The position numbers were made by a program, and so were the translations under genes. The notes beneath the pieces are model-generated. The model was given only the letters and a program-made list of their open reading frames with translations, was not told the DNA's origin and ran no database searches. From Octopus sinensis (taxonomy: Eukaryota), in contig NC_043005.1 of the NCBI RefSeq assembly GCF_006345805.1, forward strand, positions 107,384,001 to 107,448,000: 64,000 nucleotides of DNA. The letters are read 5' to 3'. The first letter of the stretch is position 1. Each line of letters starts with the position of its first letter. Shown in pieces: positions 1 to 13,319 of this stretch.

Positions 1-684
1 TCCATCCATGCCCATTCCATCTTATAGTATATCCTGTACTGTATATGCCATTGTCTCCATCTTTTTTAAAGAGGTAATGTGTGTTTTACGTGAGATATTT
101 CTATCAATTTTAACAAGTTGGGCGACAATGTAATGCATTTTCGTTACTCTCTATTAGATTAGACTCAAGAAGTTTGTGAGGAACCCATTGACCCATTTTG
201 ATGACTGTTCTGACGACACACGAGTGTGTTGAATCACTAAATCCAAGCTTCTTTTCTAGTTCCTCAACGATTTCGATGGGATTTTGTTCCACCACAGTTT
301 GTAGGACGTCCTCGTCGAGCTCTACAGGCTCGTCTTCTAGGCTGTAGTTTCCGGCATGGAATTTCTGGAACCCCTCTTGCACTAGCATACACTTACTTTC
401 CAAACCCCATATAGTGCATTAAAATTCTTCGCACTTTCCGTTGCGTTGCTGCCTTTACTGAGTTTATAAAACAAAAAATGCTGAATATACTCCTTTGTCA
501 CTTCCATTTTAATAAAATAGCTATTTAATTAAATTACACTCTTCAAAACCTGCACTAAGAATAAGTAGAAAGTAAAATTACTAGTGCTCTAATAGCAAGT
601 TGATGCAGGTAGTTTATCTCGACCCACTACTACTTTTAGTCCATGCAATTCAAAAATCCACAGTAATTATAAAATGACCCAATA
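1..684 (-). mobile_element. Mos1/mariner-type transposon, 5' part (degenerate transposase N-terminus plus left TIR)
   Basis: Minus strand from ATG at 507 reads MEVTKEYIQHFLFYKLSKGSNATESAKNFNALYG...FHAGNYSLEDEP...VELDEDVLQTVVEQNP...GQWVPHKL. This matches mariner HTH and WVPHEL linker motifs, with stops and frameshifts. TIR-like end ...aaaatgacccaaTA at ~665-684. Confidence 0.85.
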
Positions 685-699
685 TATGCGTGTGTCATT

Positions 700-945
700 C
701 CGAAAAGCTCTATCTACGACGATTTCATCTCTATCGAAGGAGAGGGGCTTTCTCCGTCCGGGTGGCGAACTCGTGGAATAAGTTGCCGGACGAGATAGTG
801 AAGATGCCAACGACCGCTCGGTTCAAAGTCTCTTGACCAGATATGGCTTGAACTCTTTGTATGACCACCCTCCCTGTACATAACTCCCTGTCCCCCTACA
901 TGGCCTTGCTTTTGCTTTTTGAGTCAATAAAAATTGAATTGAATA
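700..945 (+). mobile_element. CR1/L2-clade LINE 3' end fragment
   Basis: Translates KLYLRRFHLYRRRGAFSVRVANSWNKLPDEIVKMPTTARFKVSLDQIW, the typical CR1 ORF2 C-terminus (F..RV...WN.LP). Ends in AATAAA plus an (ATTGA)n-like tail. Confidence 0.75.
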
Positions 946-1239
946 TATAGGTGTACGCGCTCGTAAGCAGAGGCATAACCCCACTTACATAAACATACAC
1001 ATATACGTGTGTGTGTGAGTTGGGAGTGCGCGTGTGTAAAAGCTCATAACAATGCTTGAATAAGAGTATTTCATAACTGTAGTCCGATTTCGCTAATTGC
1101 TTTAACGTACTCGGAGCAAACACATAAATCGTCTTATTCTGCCGAGTTTTTTTCGGCGGAGTGTGTAAAATGCGACTTCTAGAAGAAGGATATGGTAAGA
1201 CTGGTTGTGAGCTAGTGCTATTTTTATTTCAGTAAAAAA

Positions 1240-1345
1240 TAACTAAACGCGGTGGACTATAGTGAGATTTGAACTTAGAGCATAGTACACCAGAAAAATT
1301 ATCGGAACGCATTTCCGACTACCGTCTCTGCCAATCGACCGCCTA
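1240..1345 (-). mobile_element. Degenerate SINE family A 5' part
   Basis: Reverse complement ggcggtcgattggcagagacggtag...agttcaaatctc resembles the family A head seen at 10706, 30914 and 62040. Confidence 0.45.
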
Positions 1346-2202
1346 TTTTGAACAGATGTATGCATGAGTGAAAATATATGTTTGTAAGCCTATACATACG
1401 TACAGCTGTTCAGATGTACATAGACACCCATAAATATATCTACATAAGCATATAAACGGATATATGTGTGTATGTGTGTGTGTGTCTGTGTGTCTGTGTA
1501 TACACATAGATAATTTCTGTCATTATCTCATCATATTTACCACAATCACCGCATTCAAATCGAAACTTTAAATCAATATAGATTAAATCTAATGACATAA
1601 ATGAATATCTACTCAGAAAATAATTTGTAAAAATAGAAAAATAAACGAAAGGAAAATAATGTTATAAATAAAATAAGGAAAAATAAAACTGTGCTCTTTC
1701 ATATAGTTTCAATAAATACAAGCAAAATAAAACAAGCTTCTACTATACATTATTATAGTATATTTATATAATTTAGGAAATGTCTTCAGGTAAATCAATT
1801 AAAACTGCCATCAAATTAAACAAAAGAGTTTTATTAATTTCTTATAAAATTATTTTTTGATTGGTAGAGTAGTTATTTATTTGATTAATTTTGTTCCAAT
1901 TTTTGTCCTACCATTTAACTTTTAATTAAATATTCATTTTTGCTTAGACGAAGTCTGTCAGTAATGATTTGTTCAAATAAATTGTCATTACAGGAATCAA
2001 AGAATTGTAACGTATTGCATAATTGTTTGGAAACAATTGTGTGTTAATTTTGTTTTTATTTGTAGTGTTTACTTCGCTTTCTTTAGAGGCCAAGGTTGTT
2101 ACATTTAAGGGAAGAATGAAAAACAGTAATCTATGTAGATGAACAAAGAATACATTTGTGCACATATATACATAAATAATACATACATACATACATTCAT
2201 AT

Positions 2203-2259
<57 letters not shown>

Positions 2260-2514
2260 GTTTGTATCATTGGGTATAGAGGGATATATATTATTCAAAG
2301 AAATTCCAACTCTGTTTTTTTTATGTTTTATTTATATTCTTTATAATATTAATGTAGAATATAGAATATATAGTACAAATAATATATATATAGTAAAATG
2401 AAATGAAGTATTGTTTGTCTTATTGAATAGATGAAATGTTGAATATAAAATATTAAGGGACTAGTATACTTTAATGCGTTAAAGCAGTCTTCAATCTCCC
2501 AGGTTATATATATA

Positions 2515-2679
2515 TTTTTTCTCTCCTTTTTTCTCTCCTTGTTTTTTGTGTGTCCCTTTCAGTAGAAGAGCGTAGGCTAGAAATGTAAAAGACTTTTTCT
2601 ATTCCTGAGTGTTATACTAATACATCTGTTTGTTTTGTACACCACCTGTCTTTGTCTTTTGTTTTTTTTCGTAAACTCT

Positions 2680-2682
<3 letters not shown>
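2515..2682 (+). mobile_element. Solo Penelope-like terminal (pLTR) fragment inserted at (TA)n
   Basis: Homologous to 26493-26668 (gaagagcgtaggct.gaaa.gt.aaagact...tcctgag.g..atactaataca...ccacctg.ctt.gtcttttgtt). Directly followed by (TA)n. Confidence 0.7.
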
Positions 2683-2742
<60 letters not shown>

Positions 2743-3860
2743 CAAATACATATATATACACAGTCATAATTGCAGGAACACGAGCGCAATGCATATGTAT
2801 GTATTTATGTATGTATGCATTATGCAAGACACAAATGCTCCAACGACAATCGAAATGCACATAATATTTATCCGAGTTTACCAATGTAAATTTTTTATAC
2901 AAGAAGCCTAATTATGTCACATGATTTGTTAAAGCAAACATTTATATATATATATACAAATACACATACACACACACCTTAAAACACATGGTAGTAGGTA
3001 GTTAGCACAAACACATATATACCCTTATATACGTAATAGAATATATTATTTTCAGTCGTATAGCAAAAATAAAACGTTCAGTTGAATAGGCTATTGAAGA
3101 GGTCAAATCTTCAGGTGAACTGAAAACAGTTACTATTACGTTCCTCAACCGTCAAATTTCCAATCGTTTGTATGCATTTATATTTTCACACACACACACA
3201 TACACAGAGAGAGGGGGGAGGTTGAGATATAGTTATAAAAGTGTATATGAATCTATGAGAAATTAAGTAGACTTTAATTATTGATTGTTGTGCTGAGATT
3301 ACTAGCTGGAAATTTTCGAATTTCTTCAAGTATCGCTGATAAGATAAAGAGATGTTTACTCATGTGTGTATATGGCTGAGTGTTTTAACACACATGTATG
3401 TATGACTGTGTGTGTTTGCCTATGTAAAAACATCGTAATTAAAATGAATGAACTCCCTCTCGGTCTGTTTGTGATATTAAATCATGAAGTTACTTCACAA
3501 AATGAACAAAATGCAATATAATTCAATTGTTGATTCTAATGTTTAATGGATGTGCGGTGCTTTATTTTAGAATATTTCCTTTCAGCGTATATAAGTGTAT
3601 GTATGTGCAGTATGTGTGTATATATGTGTGTCTGTGCGTGATATTACATATTTATAAATGTTAATATATACAAACAAAATTTACATGGTTAAAAATGTGT
3701 ATTATATAAGTGTGTGTGTATGTGTACAAGCACAAAAATATAGAAATTTATATCTATATTTATATCTATCTGATCTCATTTATCTGTCTCTTTACACACA
3801 CACACACACACACACATTATTATAATAATAATATTAATTATTATTATTATTATTATTATT

Positions 3861-4272
3861 GAGTGAGAGAGCAGTTCATGCCATCAAAGTGACAATGGGG
3901 TAAAATATACGAATCCAATATACCCATCATGACTACCCGTCTGATAAGGGTACACTAGGCACATGCATCACAACCATATATGCGCGACATGGTGGTCTCA
4001 TATCAAGATAAACAGCACATGACCTTGCAGGTGGGGCCCAGTTAGAATTTTCTTCAGGATGAGTAGCCCATCCCGCTCAAAGGGTCCCTGAATAAGGGTT
4101 GTTTAAGGATGTTGGAAGAACTACCCATGTTTCCAGAGGTGAATTATTCCTACCCCAAAGAATCCCTCTCAACACATGGCTATGATGCTCCCCCAATACT
4201 TCTACTCGTGATCAGAGATACACATATCGTCAGCCACTAAGGGACATGCTCAACTGGTTAAGGTCAAACAAC
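3861..4272 (-). mobile_element. (AAT)n-embedded ~550-bp repeat, truncated copy 1
   Basis: High identity to 4416-4911 and, reverse-complemented, to 21701-22252. Flanked on both sides by (TTA)n. Confidence 0.85.
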
Positions 4273-4285
4273 AATATTATTATTA

Positions 4286-4336
<51 letters not shown>

Positions 4337-4361
4337 CATCAGTATTATTATTATCATTATG

Positions 4362-4415
<54 letters not shown>

Positions 4416-4935
4416 GATTTAGAGAGCAGTGCATGCCATCAAAGTGACACTGGGGTAAAATATACGAAGCCCAGTATACCCATCATGACTACCCGTCTGA
4501 CAAGGGTACACCAGGCACTTGCATCACAACCATATGTGCACGACATAGTGATCTCATATCAAGATAAACAGCGCATGACCTTGTAGGTGGGGCCCCAGTT
4601 ATAATTTTCTTCTGGTCGAGTAGCCCATCCTGCTCAAAAGATCCGTGAATAAGGGTTGTTTAAGGATGTTGAACGAACCACCAATATTTCCAAAGGTGAA
4701 TTATCCAAACCTCTAAGAATTCCTTTCGACACATGGCTATGATGCTCCCCCACTACTTCTGCTTGTGATCAGAGATGCACATATCGTCAGCCACTAAGGG
4801 ACATGCTCAACTGGTTACGGTCAAACAACTGACAAGCAAATTTGTGGTATTGAGCAGAATATTTGGTGTAGCCCATCTTTTATACCAAGACAAAACAATT
4901 TACATGATAACATTGTTTTGTCTTGGTATAAAAGA
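4416..4935 (-). mobile_element. (AAT)n-embedded ~550-bp repeat, copy 2 with terminal fold-back
   Basis: Tandem to copy 1 across a (TTA)n spacer. Ends in a 24-bp perfect inverted repeat (4876-4899/4912-4935). Confidence 0.85.
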
Positions 4936-5348
4936 TTACTATTATTATTATTTTTGCTATTATTATTATTTAACAAGGATAGCATTGAATTGGAAGTTTC
5001 ACCTAGTTATGCCATCATCGGACTACGATGTAGTATTCTTGTGTAGGTGGAATTCTGTTAAATGGTAGGTAGATTGTAAGGTTCGTTGTAATAGTAAGGT
5101 GTTATGGAGAAAGTTTGTTGACTAAATTTGGAGGTATGTTATTATTCCGAATTTATTCATCTGTGTTGAACTTTGTATAAACAGGAGTGTATATTGAGGT
5201 TTGCAATTTTCAGGTAATGGATTTGTTATTGCTTTTTTTTTCTTTTGCTTTTACGAGTTCACAAAAAAACGTAGGTTGATAAAATTATTTGGCCAGTGAA
5301 TGCGTCACTAGTAGTTTTATCAGATTTAATCCTTTGCGCTATGAATGT

Positions 5349-5618
5349 GATCACGTGACCGACCAGACCATCAGATGTTGTTACACATCGCTGGTCACAA
5401 TGCGTTCGCATTGTTTTAGCCTTCGAATGACGCCACCCCGCTGGCTAAGCGAGCAGGCCAACAGAAGAAAGAGTGGTGAAAGAGTACAGCAGGGATCACC
5501 ACTCCCTGCCGAAGCCTCGTGGAGCTTTTAGGTGTTTTCGCTCAATAAACACTCACAGCGCCCGTCAGGGATTCGAAACCGCGAGTCCGCTGCCCTAACC
5601 ACTAGGCCATTGCGCCTC
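5349..5618 (-). mobile_element. tRNA-derived SINE family C, full length with TSD
   Basis: Head ggaggcgcaatggcctagtggttagggcagcggactcgc...ggtttcgaatccc carries A/B boxes. 12-bp direct repeat cgctatgaatgt at 5337-5348 and 5619-5630. Homologous to 14361-14656. Confidence 0.9.
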
Positions 5619-5879
5619 CGCTATGAATGTAAAGTTCAAATTTTAGTCCATCATTTAAAACTTTGTAAATAGGTGTGTCATTTTTATTGTGATGGGAATT
5701 TTAAGGGTTCACAAAAGAACGAAAGTAAATGGTATATTTTAGTTGGTCAGTAGGTTTCTTTACTTGCTGATGTAAATTAGAATATTTTACCTGATTGTAT
5801 AGGGAAGGTGGAAGGTATTAGTCGATTTGTTATGGTTTTCGATGATGGCTTTACTGGCTAAGTCTGACCGATGGTACCT

Positions 5880-5995
5880 ACTTGACAAAAAATAAAAACG
5901 ATTGTACTAGATGCTATTTGTTCGACTAAACCCTCCAGGCAGTACCCCCAGCGTATCCGCAGTCCGATAACTGAAACAAGTAAAAGATTGTAAGA
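5880..5995 (+). mobile_element. SINE family B 3' tail fragment
   Basis: ttgttcgactaaa...cagc.t..ccgcagtc..taactgaaacaagtaaaaga matches the family B tail. Confidence 0.55.
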
Positions 5996-6270
5996 TACAA
6001 CATACCCAGTGGAGTTACAAAGTGAAACATAGCAGGTTTTTTTTTTAATTAAGTGTACAAAGAGAAATCAAATTTCTTATTTAGTTGGGAGTAAGCAGTC
6101 ATTAGCAAACAACTCTCAAGCAGTTACAAAAAAAAAAGCTCCGATACTTTTGTTGTTGTTATGAGGAACTTCTTGTATTTATTCTTGGTTTAAAACTATT
6201 ATAATGTGTATTAGTCATTGGCTAATAATATTGTTGGAGGAGCGTTAATTCCCCGTGAGTTTTGATATAT

Positions 6271-6489
6271 TCTTTTATTCGTTTATTATTTTACTTGTTT
6301 CAGTCAATTGACAGCAGCCATGCTGGAGCAACGCCTTTATTCGGAAAAATCGGCTTCAGGACTTATTCCTTGTAAGCCTAAAACGTATTCTATCTATCTC
6401 TTCTGCCGAATAACAAAGTTACGTGGACGTAAACACACAAACATCAGTTGTCAAGCTATGGTGGGGGACAAACAGAGAGACACAAAAGC

Positions 6490-6528
<39 letters not shown>

Positions 6529-6696
6529 ATATATATACTACGGGCTTCTTTCAGTTTTCGTCTACCAAATCCACTCACAATGCTTTGATCGGCCCGAGGC
6601 TATATTAGAAGACGCTTGCCCAAGGTGCAACGCAGTGGGACTGAACCCGGAATCATGTGGGTGGGAAGCAAGCTTCTTACCGCACAGCCACATCTG
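6271..6696 (-). mobile_element. tRNA-derived SINE family B with internal (TA)n
   Basis: Reverse complement of the 16932-17345 type: gctgtg.ggtaag..gcttgct head, ttgggcaag, gtagacg.aaactgaaagaagcc, then microsatellite, then tgactgaaacaagtaaaa tail. Confidence 0.85.
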
Positions 6697-7184
6697 ATCC
6701 TATATAAAAACCAATATTATAAAAAAAAAGTAATATCAGCTTCATGACAATGTATAATACGTAACTTGAGACAAGGAAATTAGTTTGAAACGCAAGAGTA
6801 AATAACTTTTAAATGAAAGAATTAAAGTGTTCAGATACACACACACACACACACGTATACATACACACACACTAACAGAAAGAGAGAGAGGAATGTTAGA
6901 TGGAGAATGTAAACGACGGATGGGAATGAGAGCGACAAAGAAAATACGTTAGTAATCCTGTTAATTTTAAACAATTGTTTAGTGAATCTAGCATCAAATC
7001 ATACCAGTTTTATATGTGGCTCTATTTGTGTTTACCTCTGTAACCGCTTCATATATTCTTCCTGCCTCTTCTTTATAACAGTTTACGAATTTGTAAAAAG
7101 GTAATCTTTCTCTCCTCTCTCTCTCACACACAAAAAAAATATATATATATACATATACACACAAACACAAACACACACACACAC

Positions 7185-7479
7185 ACACATATATATATAC
7201 ATCATATAAATACGTACACAATCACATACACACACACACATATATATATACATCATATAAATACGTACACAATCACATATACATATATATACACACGTAC
7301 ATAAACACGCACACAAACTCACAGGCACACACACACACACACACATATATATACATCATATAAATACGCACACAATCACATACACACACACACATATATA
7401 TATACATCATATAAATACGTACACAATCACATATATATATACGCACGCACATACACAAACACGCACACAAACTCACACG

Positions 7480-7490
<11 letters not shown>
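7185..7490. repeat. Compound minisatellite (tacatcatataaatacgtacacaatcacata x4 within a ~150-bp higher-order duplication)
   Basis: Unit visible at ~7197, ~7248, ~7351 and ~7402, separated by (CA)/(TA) runs. Confidence 0.75.
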
Positions 7491-7514
<24 letters not shown>

Positions 7515-8031
7515 TGAAACATATACGCTTGTGTGTATGTCTGTATGTATGCACCTAAATGTGTGTGTATATATATATATGTATAATTTTCTCCAACTGC
7601 AACCTGAGGCTGTTTCGAGTGATTTAACATTTTTCATCAGTGAAACGAAATAACATAAAATGGCAAAGTATTGAAATATCAGGATGTTGCTATTGGTCAC
7701 CAAAGTCCATTTTAGGAAAACTCCGCTGGAAAAAAAAAAGCCTATTTGCTCTCTGAATCTTTGGAAATATACATTGAGGTATCTCTTCTTTTGTGTAAAT
7801 AGTTATGAAATATATTATATTATGCTTTATTTTATCGCCAAGGCGATCAGTACCCGTGACATAGCGTGCTGAACCTCATGGTTTGTATATAATGTAAAAC
7901 AGGATTCGCTATTTGATGTCCGTTGAATATGTTAGTAACATGAACGGTGTTTTCATAAAAATAGAGTATATCAGCTGAAAGATATCTCTTCAGCCCCTAA
8001 ATATTTTGTCATTAAATGTTATTTCGCCGCA

Positions 8032-8060
8032 ATGATGAGATTATTCAGTCGTTCGAAACG
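8032..8060 (+). ncRNA. Minimal hammerhead-like core (degenerate)
   Basis: aTGATGAGa-ttattcagtcg-tTCGAAACG: UGAUGA...GAAAC with a short stem II. Confidence 0.35.
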
Positions 8061-9066
8061 TTCTAACTTTTAAGAAAACGGTTATATCTATATTCAGTAT
8101 TGATTTGCTCCGTGAATCTTTACCGAACTATATTCAGCTCAGCACTCTATTGCTTTTTCTGTGTATGTGTGTGTATATATATGTTTATATATGTGTGTGT
8201 ATGTGTGTTTATGTGTGTGTAATCTCTCTCTCTCTCTCTCTCTGTCATTGTCTCTGTCTCTCTGTCTCCTCTCTCTGTCACTCTCTCTCTTTCTCTCTCT
8301 CTCTCTATATATATATATACATATATATATACATACATACATACATATACATACTAGTAAAATATAATATGCATAGGAAATATAAATGTCTGTGTATTTT
8401 TATAAATGAGGTATACACGTATGTAAATTGCGAAATTACGATGTGATGTTATTAACACATCAGTTTGCTAAGATGCTTATCGAATCTCAAAGCGCATAAC
8501 ATTTTATTGAAATGATTGCAGAAACTACATACGCATACGAGCAAGTCCCTATATATATATACCTATCATGCCTTCGATGAATTCAGCTGTGTAGGTCTAT
8601 TGCAGATCTGCAGCGGGATCTAACATCGCTGGTGTATTTATGTAGCAAAACCCCGTTGACATGTAATCTACGAACTTGTTTGCTATACGAAACTCATTTG
8701 TTATACAACCGCTCTAATAAGATAGGCAAAACAAATGCTAAACGTGAAAATTTGTTGACGTGGTAGATATTAATCCGAACCTGACAACACACGGCTAGAC
8801 TAGAACAGCCTCGACATATTGTAGCCAAACAATTTCGGATCGTTACTATCCTTCTGGAGTTTATCGTGTCAGGATACAAATCACTTTGAACATCATGCAA
8901 TATAAATGTGTATTGCGAACCACAAAAACTAAAATTAATACGAATACTAAAGAAATACCAAACACGTAGTAATTTCAATTTCTTGTTAAAGATGTTTGAA
9001 AGCAAGAATTAAAATGCATTTTAGTTTTACCCCAAAGTTTTATTTGTCATGAAAAATTCCTTAACA

Positions 9067-9300
9067 GAGGCACATGGCCTAGTGGTTAGAGCAGCCGACT
9101 CGCGGTCGAGAGATCGCGAGTTCGAATCTCAGATCAGGCGATGTGTGTGTTTATGAGCGAAATGCCTAAGTTCCGCACGGCTCCGGCAGAAAGTAATGGC
9201 GAGCTTCTACTGACTCTTTTGCCACAACTTTCTCTCATAAATGGTGGTGCCCCAGCATGTCCACAGCTCGTGAGCTGAAATTAGATGAAATAAAAAGAGG
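9067..9300 (+). mobile_element. SINE family C variant with family-B-like tail
   Basis: gaggcacatggcctagtggttagagcagccgactcgcggtcg...gagttcgaatc head. Tail ggtggtgcccagcatgtccacagc...ctgaaa. Confidence 0.7.
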
Positions 9301-9313
9301 ATGAAGGCCACTT

Positions 9314-9469
9314 TTCAAGAAATTTTCATGGGTTTCGTGACCGGTGGAGGGAAGATAAAAATATTCACAGAAACATGAACTGAATGCAGCCAAGTGGACC
9401 CCACGAATGGAGGTGCACCAGGTGAGGATTATGTCTGTCATTTAAGAACAGGAATTGTCTCTTTAATAG
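9314..9469 (+). repeat. Unclassified ~156-bp dispersed direct repeat, copy 1
   Basis: About 7 differences from 13447-13603 by eye. Confidence 0.85.
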
Positions 9470-10705
9470 ATTTTCACAGTACGTATAATAGATTATACGT
9501 AAAATAATTATAAAATTTTATAAAATAATGTGAAGTAAATGCAAGGTAAATCACAAGAAAACAAATATGTGAATTAATGTAGACTTACCTGTATTCAATA
9601 TTTCGGGGTTATCATCCCATTTTCAAGAAATTGATTAATGTTGCCGATGTGCTTGTGTGTGAGCGAGTGTAGAGTGGACATGCGCAGTAGGATGTTGCTA
9701 TAACATTTTAGAAATTATTTCCCACTTTCTGTGAAAATATTTATTAAGTACCGTTATATTTTATATTCTTTATCCAATTAAGAGTTAAATTTTAGTTAAT
9801 TTTAGTTAATTTCAATCCACCACTCTGTATAACATCTAATAATCTCTTTACTAAAGAAATTAATTCTAAAAGATTTGTAAGTACAATTGATAAATTTGGT
9901 ATAAATTTTAAAGACGTAACACTTAAATATTTTCCGCTATTAATTAATGTCTTCGAAACTTCGCTGTTCAAAGTAAATCATTATGGTTTTCTGTTACGAC
10001 ACTCTGAAAAAAGATAAAAGTCACTGTAGTAATAGCTAAAGTTCACTTGTCAATGAAGATGATTTGTATAGTCTCCCAATGATTTATGTATAGTAGCTGA
10101 CTAATATGACATCAAACCGACTAAGTTTTAAAAACGGGATATTAAGTAACATGTTCGCATATATAGAGTGTCATAGGCGACTAGGAACGGAATGCCTCTG
10201 CGTACAGGCCGACGTACATTTGATTGGTTTATGGTTATATAATAGCTCTTATTAATGCATCACCCTACGAATATTTGCATGTAAATGAATTACAGACCAA
10301 GACCTTACTTGCCTGTAGACATCACTGAAATTTACCTACACACATAAATAGACTGGACAATGGAGAGAATATAAGATGTTCAGAATGTAGTACTTCACAT
10401 GATAGGATTCATCAGCATATGTTGGAGAGCTATGCAAACGTATGCCTAGGACAATGGACCTGGAAGGGTGTGTGAAGCTTTCGGCTGATACTTGATTTTG
10501 AAACTTTAAACTTGTCTCTACATTTCTTTTCTTGGTAGATTTATGTATGTCAACTTGGTCCAACCATCTCATATACTTTTATGTTGCTCATCATAAGACA
10601 TAAGAGCAGGTTTATATCAGTGTAAAACATTTAAGCGATTATGGTTTCAAATCTCAGCAGGTTTTTGTATTTTTATGACGATGTCTTTAGTTTACGTAAG
10701 ATAAA

Positions 10706-10940
10706 AGGCCGCGAGCTTGCAGAAACGTTATCACGCCGGGCGAAATGCTTTGCGGTATTTCGTCTGCCGTTACGTTCTGAGTTCAAATTCCGCCGAGGTT
10801 GACTTTGCCTTTCCTCCTTTCGGGGTCGATAAATTAAATACCAGTTACGAATTGGGGTCGATGTAATCGACTTAATCTGTTTGTCTGTACTTGTTTGTCT
10901 CTTCTATGTTTAGTCCCTTGTGGGTAGTAAAGAAATAAGT
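10706..10940 (+). mobile_element. tRNA-derived SINE family A
   Basis: gcgagct.gcagaa.cgtta.cacgccgggcgaaatgct...gagttcaaattccgccgagg...gtgggtagtaaagaaata. Confidence 0.85.
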
Positions 10941-11029
10941 TTACATAAGATCAGCTTACCTAGATTCACAAGAGAGTGTTAAATATCTCCTAGCTTCACG
11001 TAAGGTTATATGAAATTATTGTTCTATCA

Positions 11030-11170
11030 TCTGTTCAGTGCTAAAAATATTTATGAAGGCCGGAGTATATATCAGTCGAAACGCTGTGTTAACAACAAAC
11101 AAAATGATGACAAATATTCGTCAATTATAAATAATGTAAATAATGTATATAATTCCTCATCTCTTAACTA
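11030..11170 (+). mobile_element. Penelope-like terminal fragment with hammerhead-like core
   Basis: tTATGAAGGC-cggagtatatatca-GTCGAAACG at 11051-11083. Confidence 0.4.
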
Positions 11171-12047
11171 TAGAGCTGTAAATACAGATTTAATGGAGAT
11201 TTGAACTGGGATTTAAATTACATACTTTTGATTATTGTTCTACATTAGCTCTCAAGAAACAGTCAAAGCTGTTGCATATTTTGCATTCGGGAGTACATTA
11301 ACCAGCGTTAGGATTTTTTTCCATATATACTGTAGTCCTTATGAAAGAGGAAGAATGATGTTCAAGTCCTTTTACAGAGTCTCTGATACTGGTAGGAAGT
11401 TAAGTGGAAATCATATTCAGAGCGAGTATAATGCCAAAATGGTGGTAGTGTTAAACCTGACGAAGAATCAAGTCAACAATCCAAACCAAAAATGCATCCC
11501 CAGGCTTCAGCGAAATTCCTCATATAAGACATTCATGAACCCAAATCCAGTGCAGAATGCATTTGCTTAGATTAGCTCGCAGTGGGACTGAACCAATAAC
11601 AATTTACTCGTGAATGAACTTTCAAATATACAGTCATAAGAAAGTAAAATGGAACTCTTGGAATATTTGGCTGTTATTTTTAACAGCTGGAACGACAAAT
11701 TCCTGGTCGGTTCGATTTACAATAGATTATATCATAGGGTGTCACTTCTACCTAGATACCCCATAGCTCTCTATTGTGCTCTCTATTGAATATAAAATTT
11801 ATATATCTATACACGCAGGATTCCTTCTCAAGCTATCATACCATCCACCGTTCAATTCTTTTCAATAATCAGATCATCATTAAATCCATCACGTAGCTTC
11901 ATATGGTGTACATTATTACACTTCTTATAAGCACACGGATTTCATTCATTTCTACATGTCCCTTAATTGAAAGTACTTGGTATTTGCGTTCCTTCTTTGT
12001 GTATATATTCGTATTCACATAAAATATTATATATGTATACGCATACT

Positions 12048-12078
<31 letters not shown>

Positions 12079-12234
12079 ACGTGCCTATGTTCATACATAC
12101 ACACACACACATACCTGTGTTCATACATATAACATATATATCTACTTATACATACTTTATACATATATGTCAATAATTCTGTTATTTCTGTTTGTTTGGT
12201 TACAAATACTTCTTTCGTTAATACTGAAGTATAC

Positions 12235-12272
<38 letters not shown>

Positions 12273-13319
12273 AAATATACGCAGTCCTATACATGTTTAT
12301 GGATTGTTGACTAAGGAAATATGTGAGTGTCTGCGTGAAACGATAGCACGGACATCCATGTATGTTTTACATCTGTTGTGATGGTATCGTGTCAACAAGA
12401 CAATGGTTAATGAATTTCCTGTTTTCCTTGAGAAATTATTATTTCTTGCACCAAATCACTCCAAACAACGTAAGTAAAAACAAAAGAGATACTTTCTCAT
12501 TATCTTCATATCTCATTCTGTTGAATACAATAGCAGAATTATGTAATCTCGCCATAAATAATATCTATACCATTATACTAATATATGACGAACACTATTA
12601 GATCAAGTTGTAGTACATAACACTAAGAAAACAGATGATAAAAAAATAACGTCAGAAATATAATTATTGCAGACGATGATTGGAAGAAAATAAGAAGAAA
12701 TCTACAAACAAACTACACAACAAACAAATGCTAAAACTGATAATGTATTATGAAATGATTTTACAAAATCCAAATCAACTCACATGATGGGATTGATTCA
12801 AAAATTTCTCGAGATAATTATCATATATAAAAATACCGTATGTTCTATCACTAATGAGTGACGGAATTTAATTATTTACCACAAAAGCAATGCAATTAGG
12901 AGAAATCTGCTGATGAAAATAATAAATAAATGAATAAAAATAAAAACAATAATACAAATGTCTTTCTTTATCTTCTCACTTCTTATTTTAAGAGAAAGAG
13001 ATAAAATAAGAATGAAGCAATAAGGCAAGAAGATATCAATTATAAAAAGAAAAAGAGAAAAAATTGATTGAAAACGATGCGAATTACCGAATGTTGATTA
13101 CAAATTTAATTGTCCATGTTCCAGTTGCTAACATTAGACAGGGCCTTTGCGGGTATCAGATAAAAAAAAATTAACGCGATGTCTAATTTAAAAGAGTTAG
13201 AAAGTAAAATGAGTCAAAATTTCTTTCATTAATTTTGTACAAACACTTGAAATAAATACAGTGGGACACAACAAAAGAGTCAATCCACGATCACTCTATC
13301 TTTCACGTTAAATCTTGTA

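Noticed and set aside
5560-5618. tRNA-like sequences with A/B boxes (also 9067, 14361, 16932, 37075)
   Set aside because: They continue into repeated SINE bodies with tails and TSDs and lack a complete cloverleaf, so they are SINE heads and not tRNA genes.
10340-10490. Short frame containing CSEC..H...H, resembling a zinc finger
   Set aside because: The spacing does not fit C2H2, the frame is under 50 codons, and there is no splice support.
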